From: Candidatus Thorarchaeota archaeon
GTDB lineage: Archaea > Asgardarchaeota > Thorarchaeia > Thorarchaeales > Thorarchaeaceae
Reading direction: 5' to 3'
Assembly (NCBI GenBank): GCA_048884945.1
Contig: JBHLQJ010000002.1
Span: forward strand, 1 to 42,406
Length of the DNA stretch: 42,406 bases
How positions within the stretch are numbered: the stretch's first letter is position 1; every line of letters begins with the position of its first letter. Below the pieces are notes generated by a model, which worked only from the letters and a program-made list of their open reading frames with translations, did no database searches and had not been told where the DNA came from. This document shows positions 17,748-26,389 of the stretch, piece by piece. Position numbers and translations under genes: made by a program.

Positions 17748-17894
17748 ATGCTTTCCATGAAAAGTACAGCATGCTCAAGATGCGGATTCAATGATGTAGC
17801 TCTAGTAAGGAAAGAGATGCTCGGGAGCGGCAAGTATAGGAAAAAGTGGCGTTGTCCACGCTGTAGTAACACTTGGGAAACCCTTGAGGACTGA
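17748..17894 (+). CDS. small (48 aa) CxxC...CxxC zinc-ribbon protein, absent from the ORF track
   Basis: MLSMKSTACSRCGFNDVALVRKEMLGSGKYRKKWRCPRCSNTWETLED. GGTGAGG SD at 17735-17741. It lies in the gap between rps3ae and tRNA-Leu. Confidence 0.5.
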   Translation: MLSMKSTACSRCGFNDVALVRKEMLGSGKYRKKWRCPRCSNTWETLED

Positions 17895-17943
17895 TAGATA
17901 CAAAACGGTTAAAACTAGCCTGGTTTCAAACTTGCTTCATTAA

Positions 17944-18031
17944 GCGGAGGTTGCCAAGCCAGGTCAAAGGCGCGGGGTTTAGGTCCCCGTTCAGTAGTGA
18001 TTCGCGAGTTCGAATCTCGCCCTCCGCACCA
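17944..18031 (+). tRNA. tRNA-Leu(UAG) with encoded CCA
   Basis: Acceptor GCGGAGG/CCTCCGC. Anticodon stem CGGGG/CCCCG with loop TTTAGGT. Long variable arm. T-arm GCGAG-TTCGAAT-CTCGC. Discriminator A plus CCA. Confidence 0.9.
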
Positions 18032-18061
18032 CTCTTTTCATGAACTCTCCTGATGCTGAAA

Positions 18062-18069
18062 TTTTTTTT
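18062..18069 (+). terminator. oligo-T tract downstream of tRNA-Leu
   Basis: T8 run about 30 nt after the tRNA 3' end. Confidence 0.3.
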
Positions 18070-18289
18070 ACAAACAATCAGCCAAATAATCACAGTGGAT
18101 AACAGAATCAAACCAACTACGTAAACAGAATATTGCATCCATTGGGGATGCATATTGGTGACAAACAATGCGCTTAGAAAAATGACTATGATCTCCACAA
18201 CAACTATACTTCTCAACAAAGAACAAGCATTAGCTCTTCTCAAAAAACGACCCTCCTTTTTTTGTAAATACTAAAACCAGACCCAAAGA

Positions 18290-18769
18290 CTACAGTATCT
18301 GTTTTTCCATCCATACATGAAATCCCCATGGATTCTTCTCTCTTTTGATAATAGAATAACCATGTTTATTGTAGAAATCTAGAGCCCACTTAGCCTCACT
18401 ATCGGTTTCAAGCTGTTTTTTTTTAAAATGCTGTTCTCGGGCTAGCTCCTCAAGATACATCATCAATGATGAGCCTATCCCTTTCTTCTGACAATCAGAT
18501 CTAACATACATGAGTGGAATCCAGGCAATCTCCTTACTCCGAGTACTAAATGATCCTACTGCAACAATTACACCTTTGTTTCTGTGAACAAAAAACTCCA
18601 TGAAGGTAGCCATTTCTTTTAGCTGCTCTCTTGTAAGAAAAGGTTCAAACCAGTGTTCCTCTGGTATTATCCTGCTATACCATTCGCGATTTGTTTTGTT
18701 GATTAATGATAAAATCTCATCCATATCTCCAGTCTTACTTTTCTCAAATTTTATTTCTAATATCTTCAT
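18290..18769 (-). CDS. GNAT-family N-acetyltransferase
   Basis: YVRSDCQKKGIGSSLMMYLEELAREQ (Q/RxxGxG/A acetyl-CoA motif) and ALDFYNKHGY. Confidence 0.8.
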   Translation of the reverse strand: MKILEIKFEKSKTGDMDEILSLINKTNREWYSRIIPEEHWFEPFLTREQLKEMATFMEFFVHRNKGVIVAVGSFSTRSKEIAWIPLMYVRSDCQKKGIGSSLMMYLEELAREQHFKKKQLETDSEAKWALDFYNKHGYSIIKREKNPWGFHVWMEKQIL

Positions 18770-18867
18770 TCTACTCCCCGAAGAACATCACCGAGGGTCA
18801 ATATGAATCCTAGCACTTTTCAGTAATCCTCATTATTGAGTTTGTTCGTTTTTGTATCGGGATTATC

Positions 18868-19209
18868 ATGAAGTACTTATTTTTAGCAACTGAAGACAAT
18901 AAGATGCAGTTGTATCATCTACTTCTCAATGCGATTAATTTCCATGAAAATGGTCACGAGGTATCAACTGTTCTAGAATGTGCCTCTCCAAAGCTACTGA
19001 TTGGAATCGCGGATGGTACAATCAAGCTCCCAGTCTTTGACAAAGCGATGGGACATGGTATCATAGACCATGCTTGTAAAGCCTGTACCTTCTCTTTCTC
19101 AGCCACTGAGGCAGCGGAGAAGCTCAAAGTTCCTTTGAAAGGTGAGTTGAATGGTCACAGTGACCTGTTAAAGTTCAGTGCATCAGGATATTCAATCCTT
19201 ACATTCTGA
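18868..19209 (+). CDS. DsrE/DsrF-like small protein (putative)
   Basis: 113 aa. The pattern KYLFLATED...ENGHEVSTVLECASPKLL...IDHACKAC resembles the DsrE/TusD fold family. By-eye only. Confidence 0.35.
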   Translation: MKYLFLATEDNKMQLYHLLLNAINFHENGHEVSTVLECASPKLLIGIADGTIKLPVFDKAMGHGIIDHACKACTFSFSATEAAEKLKVPLKGELNGHSDLLKFSASGYSILTF

Positions 19210-19258
19210 TATTACAGACAATTAACATTATATCCCTACAACCATGGTAGCAAAGTGA

Positions 19259-19376
19259 GCCGGGGTCTCCTAGTGGCTATGGAGGCGGTCTCGAAAACCG
19301 CTGCCCTTTGTGGCTCGTGAGACCGCGTGTAATTAAACGACACGAGGCACGAATTCAAATCTCATCCCCGGCGCCA
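19259..19376 (+). tRNA. tRNA-Ser(CGA) with a 32-nt non-canonical intron in the T-arm (between positions 53/54) and encoded CCA
   Basis: Acceptor GCCGGGG/CCCCGGC. Anticodon stem GCGGT/ACCGC with loop CTCGAAA. Variable arm TGCCCTTTGTGGCTC. The T-stem 5' half GTGAG (19317-19321) is separated from TTCAAAT-CTCAT by 19322-19353. Confidence 0.8.
19322..19353 (+). other. tRNA intron with bulge-helix-bulge geometry
   Basis: The central 4-bp helix CGTG (19316-19319) pairs with CACG (19348-19351). It is flanked by the 3-nt bulges AG|A and AA|T that carry the splice sites. The inner helix is CCgCGTGT/ACACGaGG. Confidence 0.7.
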
Positions 19377-19380
19377 TTTC

Positions 19381-20763
19381 TCATTTTAATTCATCCAATA
19401 CCTGCTCCATTATCTTCTTGGCTGCGGTTGCAATCTTGTCCAATGCTTGCTGTGACTTGGCTCCGACATAAAATCTAGCCTTTGGTTCGGTCCCTGAAAC
19501 TCTAATCAACACATAAGAACCATCCTTGTAGTCTACTCGAACTCCGTCCACTTCGAGCACTTTTTCCACACCATCAATCTCTGGAATAAGCAGTTCTTTC
19601 ACTCTTGGCAGAAAGGCTTGTTTGATCTTATCTGGGCATGAAACGAAATCTCTCAGAATGGGATACTTGGGAATTGTTTCCATCAGTTTCATGCAACTGC
19701 CTCCACCTATTTCATCTACAAGTTGCGCAAAACGTCCTGCTCCTGCAATGCCATCCATCCACCAACCGAATTTGGCAAATATTGGTTTCCAAGGCTCTGA
19801 GGCAAAAATCACATCCTTTCCTCTCTCAGTTACTAGAAACTCTTGAAGCGACCCAAGAGGCATTCGAATTACAGATCCTCCAACAGAGTTGACAATCTCA
19901 TCAATCACACTTGAGGTGTCTATTGATGTGAGCACAATGCCTCCTCCATTTCTTTCCACCTCGTTTCTCGCAAATACTGCAATTACACGATTTTGGTCAA
20001 TAAAATCGCCTGCTTCGTCAATTACAGCTAATCGATCACCATCACCGTCGTGGCACATGGTAACAGCAAAATCAGACTCTGCAGCCATCTTCATCGCATC
20101 GCCGAGGTTTCTCGGTGATGGTTCCGGTGGTCGACCTGGAAAATGACCATCCTGATGTGAGTTCATTGTTGTCACCGAGAACCCAAGATCTGCTAACAAT
20201 TCTGGTGTATAGTTTGTAGCTGCTCCATTTGCTAAATCAATCAAGACCTTTGTTCCTTTGCTTAACCCACCTCTACTCAGCAAGAATTTTTTCACATCAG
20301 ATAAGTAGTCCAATCTAATGTTTTTCTTTGTAATCTGTCCAATTTTGTCCCAAGATGCAACCCTATACTCTTTGTTTTGTATGGAATTTTCCAAAAATTC
20401 TTCTTCGGATCTGATGAATTCTCGACCTGATGAAAAGAACTTGAATCCATTGTCAGTAGGTGGATTATGGCTTGCTGTTATGATGACAGATGCAGAAATT
20501 TCTTTGATGGTGCTATAGTAAGCCACAGTAGGCATAGGTGCTATCCCTAAATCTACTACATGCAGTCCTGTTGAAAGCAGTCCACTAATAAGAGCACTTT
20601 TCAACATCTCACGCGAAGTTCGAGCATCAACACCTACTCCAACAACTCCTTTCCCACCATAAAATGATCCAAGTGCTCGACCAAGTCCAAGTGCTAAATC
20701 AGGGGTTGATTTGTCAATTATTGTTCCCCTTATTCCAGAAGTACCAAATAGTTTCTGACTCAT
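19381..20763 (-). CDS. alpha-D-phosphohexomutase (phosphoglucosamine mutase / phosphomannomutase)
   Basis: FGTSGIRG, TASHNPPTDNGFK active-site serine loop, GDGDRL Mg site and SGTEPK. Confidence 0.9.
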   Translation of the reverse strand: MSQKLFGTSGIRGTIIDKSTPDLALGLGRALGSFYGGKGVVGVGVDARTSREMLKSALISGLLSTGLHVVDLGIAPMPTVAYYSTIKEISASVIITASHNPPTDNGFKFFSSGREFIRSEEEFLENSIQNKEYRVASWDKIGQITKKNIRLDYLSDVKKFLLSRGGLSKGTKVLIDLANGAATNYTPELLADLGFSVTTMNSHQDGHFPGRPPEPSPRNLGDAMKMAAESDFAVTMCHDGDGDRLAVIDEAGDFIDQNRVIAVFARNEVERNGGGIVLTSIDTSSVIDEIVNSVGGSVIRMPLGSLQEFLVTERGKDVIFASEPWKPIFAKFGWWMDGIAGAGRFAQLVDEIGGGSCMKLMETIPKYPILRDFVSCPDKIKQAFLPRVKELLIPEIDGVEKVLEVDGVRVDYKDGSYVLIRVSGTEPKARFYVGAKSQQALDKIATAAKKIMEQVLDELK

Positions 20764-20774
20764 TATTCATTCCT

Positions 20775-21752
20775 CTAATTATGAGGTAGAGCTAGGTCGA
20801 CAATGTCTTTTGCTGCCTCACCCATTCTCAATAGACTATCTACAACCAAAATCTGAGTTTGTGGCTGTCCATTAGGAGTTGCTACAATATGCTGTCTAAG
20901 CTTTCCTGTTTCTGAAATCAGTTCTCTTTCAGACTCGATTACTGATATCACTTTCTTGGTATCAAACTTGAACAAATTATTGAATGCATTTGAGAACATC
21001 TTGCTTACTTTTTCCACTATTGGTTCTATCTTCTTTTTTAGAGAAATGTCTACAGGATCCCCAACCCTCTGTGCAACATCTACAGCTAAATCCGCAATCC
21101 TTTCAATGTATTGAACAGCAAGCCGAAAATCAAGTGCTTCAACTGGTGCGATATTCATCATCTCACTCATTCTGGGATATTGAATTGCAGACCGCAATTC
21201 TCGAACTATCAGAAAGAATAAACGGTCGACCTCCTCATCTCGCTGGACAACCTCATCAGCCAAATCTTTGACACCATCGATGTAGGCCATCAACGAATCA
21301 CTAATCATTCTTGATGTGATAAGATGCATTCTACGCATTGCAGTATTGACAGGTAGGGTCGCAGGATCAACAAGACATCTCACAACTATCTGGTGGTCAT
21401 CTTCTTCAGTGACTTCAAGTGCCACAAAACGTTTGATTATTCTCTTTAAATCATCCCTTTGAGTATTTGTAATGGGCTCTTCACTAACAATACGTATTTC
21501 ATCATAACCTAGTAGATATCTACTGGTTATTTCCCACCTCAGATTTTGCTCTATCTGTGCAGTAGTTGTCTTTCTCTCGCCAGCTTTTGGAAGCCGTGGA
21601 TCTACAATTAGGCAGCCATCTTCACGTTCTGCAACTACCACAGGATCTCCTTTACTCAACTTTTGTCTAACTATCCAGTCTTTAGGCAGTATTATCAAAA
21701 AGGAACTTCCATTTTTTCCACCGGTCTGCTGGAGTCGTCTTATGTTAACCAT
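20775..21752 (-). CDS. AbrB/SpoVT-domain plus PhoU-domain regulator
   Basis: N-terminal SSFLIILPKDWIVRQKLSKGDPVVV (AbrB-like swapped hairpin), followed by helical PhoU-like repeats (RIADLAVDVAQRV; GEAAKDIVDLA). ATG at 21752 with GGGTGA SD is preferred over the TTG at 21767. Confidence 0.65.
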   Translation of the reverse strand: MVNIRRLQQTGGKNGSSFLIILPKDWIVRQKLSKGDPVVVAEREDGCLIVDPRLPKAGERKTTTAQIEQNLRWEITSRYLLGYDEIRIVSEEPITNTQRDDLKRIIKRFVALEVTEEDDHQIVVRCLVDPATLPVNTAMRRMHLITSRMISDSLMAYIDGVKDLADEVVQRDEEVDRLFFLIVRELRSAIQYPRMSEMMNIAPVEALDFRLAVQYIERIADLAVDVAQRVGDPVDISLKKKIEPIVEKVSKMFSNAFNNLFKFDTKKVISVIESERELISETGKLRQHIVATPNGQPQTQILVVDSLLRMGEAAKDIVDLALPHN

Positions 21753-21899
21753 ACTTTTTTCACCCAATTGAGGAAGGCGCCAATTGAATTCTAAGTAGGC
21801 GGCTTATTACGTTTCCCGCAGCTCTCTTTTTTCTAAATTCATATCCATGATGGATGATGTTTAAAACGAGAAACACGTACATCCTAGGTCGGTGGCCTA

Positions 21900-23522
21900 T
21901 TGACATCCTCGATTCGACGAAATGTGTTAAAATTACTAATTGAGTCAGGGCTCCAAGTAGCACCTGAGGCACTCGAGTATATCCTAAATCTAGAAACTCC
22001 CATTGAAACAATCAAGTCAATTCTTATGGCTAACAAAACTGGAAAGCACCCACCTGTTCTTTCACGTTCTTACGTTGAATCACTTGTCGAAGGAAAAATC
22101 TTTGAAACATCTCAAAGAGAAGAGCCTGAAGCAAGTGAAGACGAACCTGAAAGAGAAGAGATTGAAACCCCACTACCAAGCTCAGTTATGGATATTGAAA
22201 CTGGGTGGTCTTTTCAAATAATAAAAAACCCCGAAGCGTCACAGGTAGGTTCTGGGGGAACTGTCGAGGACTTCCTAGCACTTTTCATAGATCGTTTTAA
22301 TCGTATAAAACGAATATACATGAGTCGAATTGATACCCAAAATGCAGTATCCCCGCAGATAGCCAAATTGAGAAAAGAATCTGCAAAACAAAGAAGGGCA
22401 ATGACCCGAGAGGGCATACGCACGACAAATCGCACGACCCAGACAGTTCTTGGAATTGTAAAGAATAAGAGTATCTCCCAATCACGAAATGTAATCATTG
22501 AACTTGAGGATATAGACGACTCGATTATCTGCATCATTCCTGCAACTCGAGAAGGCTTGAAGGGCCAACAGCTTTCCGAAAAAGCCAACTCCTTACTTCT
22601 TGATGAGATTACCTGTATCTCTGGCTTCGTTGATGAGAATGCGAGAATGATTGCGGATGATGTAATTTTTCCCGATATTCCAACAGCTCGAGATGTAGGC
22701 AGAGCAAGAAGAGATGTCTACGCAGTTTTTATTTCAGACACCCACTGTGGTAGTAAAGAATTCTTAGAAGATGAGTTTGATCGGTTTATTGATTGGATGA
22801 ATGGGCGAAACATTGATGATGAAGACAAAGCACTGGTGAAACAAGTCAGGTATCTCTTTGTTGCTGGTGATATGATAGATGGAATCAGTGTCTACCCCAC
22901 ACAGAGAAATGACTTGAAAATTGAGAGCATTTATGAACAATACGCGCTCTTTGCGAGCAAGCTAAGTAAACTTCCTAATTTGGTCAAGATTTTCTGTATC
23001 CCTGGGAACCATGATGCTAATCGGCAAGCTCTTCCAAAACCCCCTATAGCGGAAGAATTTGCACAGCCATTATACAAGCTAGGAAATCGAATAACAATGT
23101 TAGGCGACCCGAGTCAAGTGGTTGTTGAGGGAGTAAATGTTCTCTTGACTCATGGGGACAGCCTTGATGACCTCGTTACAAACATACCTGGTGCATCATA
23201 TACGGAACCTGCAACACCAATGATAGAACTTCTCAAGAAACGTCATCTTGCTCCTATGTATGGGGGGAAGACCGAGCTTGCGCCACTTCATAGGGATTGG
23301 ATGGTGATTGACACACCTCCAGATATAGTGCATTTTGGTCATTGCCATCACAATGCTGTTGACAACTATCGTGGCGTCCAAATCATTAATTCTGGAACAT
23401 TTCAATCCCAGACTGACTTTATGCGTAAACAAGGAGTGGTGCCAACGCCTGGTATTGTCACACTATTGAATCTCAGAACCGGTGCTCCTGATGTGAGATT
23501 CTTCTATGATATGTCTTCATAG
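21900..23522 (+). CDS. dp1: DNA polymerase D (PolD) small subunit DP1
   Basis: Calcineurin-like phosphoesterase motifs VFISDTHCGS, VAGDMIDG, GNHD and GHCHH. An acidic linker follows an N-terminal helical domain. TTG start. Confidence 0.85.
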   Translation: MTSSIRRNVLKLLIESGLQVAPEALEYILNLETPIETIKSILMANKTGKHPPVLSRSYVESLVEGKIFETSQREEPEASEDEPEREEIETPLPSSVMDIETGWSFQIIKNPEASQVGSGGTVEDFLALFIDRFNRIKRIYMSRIDTQNAVSPQIAKLRKESAKQRRAMTREGIRTTNRTTQTVLGIVKNKSISQSRNVIIELEDIDDSIICIIPATREGLKGQQLSEKANSLLLDEITCISGFVDENARMIADDVIFPDIPTARDVGRARRDVYAVFISDTHCGSKEFLEDEFDRFIDWMNGRNIDDEDKALVKQVRYLFVAGDMIDGISVYPTQRNDLKIESIYEQYALFASKLSKLPNLVKIFCIPGNHDANRQALPKPPIAEEFAQPLYKLGNRITMLGDPSQVVVEGVNVLLTHGDSLDDLVTNIPGASYTEPATPMIELLKKRHLAPMYGGKTELAPLHRDWMVIDTPPDIVHFGHCHHNAVDNYRGVQIINSGTFQSQTDFMRKQGVVPTPGIVTLLNLRTGAPDVRFFYDMSS

Positions 23523-23542
23523 TATCTCCAATCTTAACCAGT

Positions 23543-24790
23543 TTAATCAAGAATTTCTTGTGCCACCTTACTGAGACGAATATCATCATCCAGAATGACA
23601 CCAATCTGTTTCTTGCTAACAGCTAATTTGATCTTTTTCGTTCTCCCATATCGGCCTTTTGAAATCACTGTAGTATTAATCAACCCCAACATATCTAATT
23701 CAGAGATTAAATCGGATACACGCCGTTGGGTCAGCGTGTCTAATGAAAGAGACTTGGCAATCTCTGAGTAGATATTATAGCACTCACCAGTGAAGATATC
23801 TCTTTGACCCTTACTTGCCAATACATAGACTGCAAAAAGAACAGCTTTTGACTGCATTGGAAGCGTTTTCACTGTTTCAGTTATAGTATCACGTTCAATG
23901 ACCTTTTGTGCTTCTCGTACATGGTCTTGGGTGACTGTATTGTCACCTCTTCTCTCAGCAAGTTCTCCTGCAGTTCTTAGTAGATCGAGTGCTCTGCGAG
24001 CATCTCCATGCTCTTGTGCTGCTAATGCTCCAACAAGATTGATTACTCCCTCATCACCTATGGCGTTCTGATTGAAAGCAAGTTCAACCCGTTGTTTTAG
24101 AATGCCTTTCAGTTCCACAGCATTATAAGGTGAGAAAATAACCTCTTCTTCTCCAAGGGTTGACAAAACTCTAGGGTCAAGCATCTCTTTGAATTTCAAA
24201 TCATTACTAATGCCTATAATCGATATTCTACTATTCTCCAGCTCCCCGTTCATTCTTGTCAACCCGTAGAGAATATCGTTACCTTGTCCAACGTCACGTT
24301 TCAATAAACTATCAACTTCATCAAGTACAACTGTAAGTATGTTTGTTTCGGAATCCAACTTGTTCTTGAGAACATCCCGAATCTCATCGGTTGGAAGACC
24401 TGTGAAAGGCACTTCAGTCCCATCTGGCATTGTTGCATCTATCTGGTCACAAAGTCGTTTCAGAACTCGATAGTTTGTGCCCACTATCCTACAGTTAACA
24501 AAAGCGGTCAAAGGCGCATTTATCCCACTCTCTTTTGCCTTTTTCACCAACATATCCAGTACATATCTTGCCACTACAGTTTTCCCAGTTCCAGTCTTCC
24601 CGTAGCACAAAATGTTTGATGGTGGAGCACCCCTGAGTGCTGGTCCTAAGATTGACCCAATTCGACTCATTTGGTCATCTCTATATGGCAGGTTCTGTGG
24701 TACGTAAGTAGGTCTAAGAGCTGTTCTATCTCTGAAAATGGCTTGACCTTGCAAGAATTTATCAAATAACTTATCGAGCGGTTTCTCCAT
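23543..24790 (-). CDS. cdc6: Orc1/Cdc6 replication initiator
   Basis: Walker A is CYGKTGTGKT and Walker B is VVLDEVD. Sensor region GDARRALDLLR. C-terminal winged helix. 415 aa. Confidence 0.9.
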   Translation of the reverse strand: MEKPLDKLFDKFLQGQAIFRDRTALRPTYVPQNLPYRDDQMSRIGSILGPALRGAPPSNILCYGKTGTGKTVVARYVLDMLVKKAKESGINAPLTAFVNCRIVGTNYRVLKRLCDQIDATMPDGTEVPFTGLPTDEIRDVLKNKLDSETNILTVVLDEVDSLLKRDVGQGNDILYGLTRMNGELENSRISIIGISNDLKFKEMLDPRVLSTLGEEEVIFSPYNAVELKGILKQRVELAFNQNAIGDEGVINLVGALAAQEHGDARRALDLLRTAGELAERRGDNTVTQDHVREAQKVIERDTITETVKTLPMQSKAVLFAVYVLASKGQRDIFTGECYNIYSEIAKSLSLDTLTQRRVSDLISELDMLGLINTTVISKGRYGRTKKIKLAVSKKQIGVILDDDIRLSKVAQEILD

Positions 24791-25006
24791 CTCATCATCT
24801 TCTCCAGTCTGAACCTGACATGTACGGTACTACCTTGGTCATAAATACTTCCATAAGAACCTGAGGCAAGTTCCAGTGGACTTCGAGTGGAGCCTATGCA
24901 ACATGTGGAACTGATAAGAGTGGGTATTACCTAGGTCTTTGGCACATATAGCAATATAATTCAGCAGTATGGAGATTGCTTATTCAACAAATAAAACGCC
25001 AAATAG
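24791..25006. promoter_or_regulatory. candidate replication origin / cdc6 promoter region with mini-ORB-like elements
   Basis: GTTCCAGTGGA (24870-24880) matches the ORB core TTCCAGTGGA. An inverted GTTCCA half-site sits in acatGTGGAAC (24901-24911). Extra AGTGGA (24886-24891) and AGTGGG (24919-24924). A/T-richer stretch at 24943-25000. Confidence 0.4.
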
Positions 25007-25645
25007 GTGGAGTTCTTGCGTCTGAAAGACCTTGAAATTGCACTTGAATCAATGAAGCGGTTGGAAGAATACAATGTATCTTTAGAACAGTACCCTACTC
25101 CAGCTTCAGTTGCAGCCTCTGTTCTCTATGCTGCTCAGATGGAACACAAAGACATCGAAAATAGAATTGTGTTGGATCTTGGCTGTGGTGATGGAATCTT
25201 CGCAATTGGAGCGGCGTTACTAGGTGCATGCAAGGTCATTGGAATTGATGTACAAAGCAAAGCCTTAAAGGCGTCTCAAATGAACTCACGATTGCTCGGA
25301 ATAGAAGACACCGTGGACTGGGTTCTGGGTGATGTTTCCTCCCTACAGCTATGTTGTCAAATAGATACAGTAGTAAGTAATCCCCCCTTTGGGGTAAAGA
25401 ATCGGGGTGCCGATTTGAGATTCCTTAAAACAGCAATCTCTATTGCTGATGTGGTATACAGCATGCATCTCGCTGGCGACAAGAACAGGGTGTTCCTGAG
25501 CAAAGAGATAGAGAAACTAGGTGCCACAGTGACACAGCTTGAAACGTTTCAGTTTCCAATTGGTCGACTGTTTGAATTCCATAAAAAATCGAAACACTTG
25601 GTGGATGTAGATCTGTATCGTATACGTGTCAAAGAGCGTGAATAG
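25007..25645 (+). CDS. SAM-dependent methyltransferase, METTL5/COG2263-like (NPPF motif)
   Basis: LEQYPTPASVAA, VLDLGCGDGIFAIGAALLGA and SNPPFG motifs. GTG start. Confidence 0.7.
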   Translation: MEFLRLKDLEIALESMKRLEEYNVSLEQYPTPASVAASVLYAAQMEHKDIENRIVLDLGCGDGIFAIGAALLGACKVIGIDVQSKALKASQMNSRLLGIEDTVDWVLGDVSSLQLCCQIDTVVSNPPFGVKNRGADLRFLKTAISIADVVYSMHLAGDKNRVFLSKEIEKLGATVTQLETFQFPIGRLFEFHKKSKHLVDVDLYRIRVKERE

Positions 25646-25646
25646 A

Positions 25647-26387
25647 ATGGCAGATGTGAAGAGCGGCGATATCGTAGTACCCGGGGATCAACTCTGCGTC
25701 ATTGAAGAGTTGATGCCAAGTTTTGGTACTTATGAGAAGGATGGTATCGTTTATGCCGCGGCTCCTGGGCTAGTCGACATGGACCTCAAGGAACGCAGTA
25801 TCAGAATTATTGATCCTAGTGGTGAAATGAAACTTTCCCTTCCAAAAAAGGGCGATATTCTAATGGGTGAAGTCACCCTTGTTTTTGATCAACGGGCTGA
25901 AGTCAAAATAGTGAGGATTAATGATCAGGACTATCATAGCGGCCTTATTGGTGAATTACATATAAGCAACGTGACCCGAAGGTACGTGAAAAGCATGCAG
26001 GACGTACTCAAACAGAACGACATAGTTCGTGCTGCAGCTCTCAATACACACGAGATTCCTGTAGAACTGACCTTAGTAGGTCCTGAACTCGGAGTTCTCT
26101 TTGCTTTATGCGTTAGGTGTGGAAACGCCCTGACTCTCACTACCCACAACAACATGTTTTGCCTGCGTTGTGAGAATCGCGAAACCCGAGAAGTTGCAAA
26201 TGATTACGGTCTAAGATTTGGTATAGAACCAAGGCCTGATCTGGCACCTCGCAGACGACCATATGAACATCGAAGATATGACCGTGATGATCGCGGAGGT
26301 AGACGATTCGATGGTCCACGTGGAAGAGGCGGTCCCAGAAGAGATAGAAGGAGCGACGATCGCCACAGAGAGAATAGGAGACGATAG
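25647..26387 (+). CDS. csl4: exosome cap subunit Csl4 with C-terminal Arg-rich (RGG/RD) tail
   Basis: VPGDQLCVIEE, an S1-like core (GDILMGEVT), the zinc ribbon CVRCGN...CLRCEN, then 55 aa that are Arg-rich. ATG at 25647 is preferred over the GTG at 25626. Confidence 0.75.
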   Translation: MADVKSGDIVVPGDQLCVIEELMPSFGTYEKDGIVYAAAPGLVDMDLKERSIRIIDPSGEMKLSLPKKGDILMGEVTLVFDQRAEVKIVRINDQDYHSGLIGELHISNVTRRYVKSMQDVLKQNDIVRAAALNTHEIPVELTLVGPELGVLFALCVRCGNALTLTTHNNMFCLRCENRETREVANDYGLRFGIEPRPDLAPRRRPYEHRRYDRDDRGGRRFDGPRGRGGPRRDRRSDDRHRENRRR

Positions 26388-26389
26388 AC

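Noticed and set aside
17584-17778. 65-aa N-terminal extension of the rps3ae ORF in the track
   Set aside because: The extension is hydrophobic and Cys-rich with no similarity to eS1. The canonical MSSKSRQTAAR N-terminus starts at the ATG at 17583. The extension also overlaps the better-supported zinc-ribbon ORF on the other strand.
17926-18243. 105-aa minus-strand ORF (two hydrophobic helices) running through tRNA-Leu
   Set aside because: Its C-terminal third is antisense to a well-formed tRNA gene, and it contains the T8/A8 terminator tract. It starts at TTG with no SD. A short membrane peptide cannot be fully excluded.
18032-19258. GNAT and DsrE-like genes bracketed by two tRNA genes as a possible integrated element
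   Set aside because: There is no integrase, no direct repeat of either tRNA 3' end and no compositional break that I could see.
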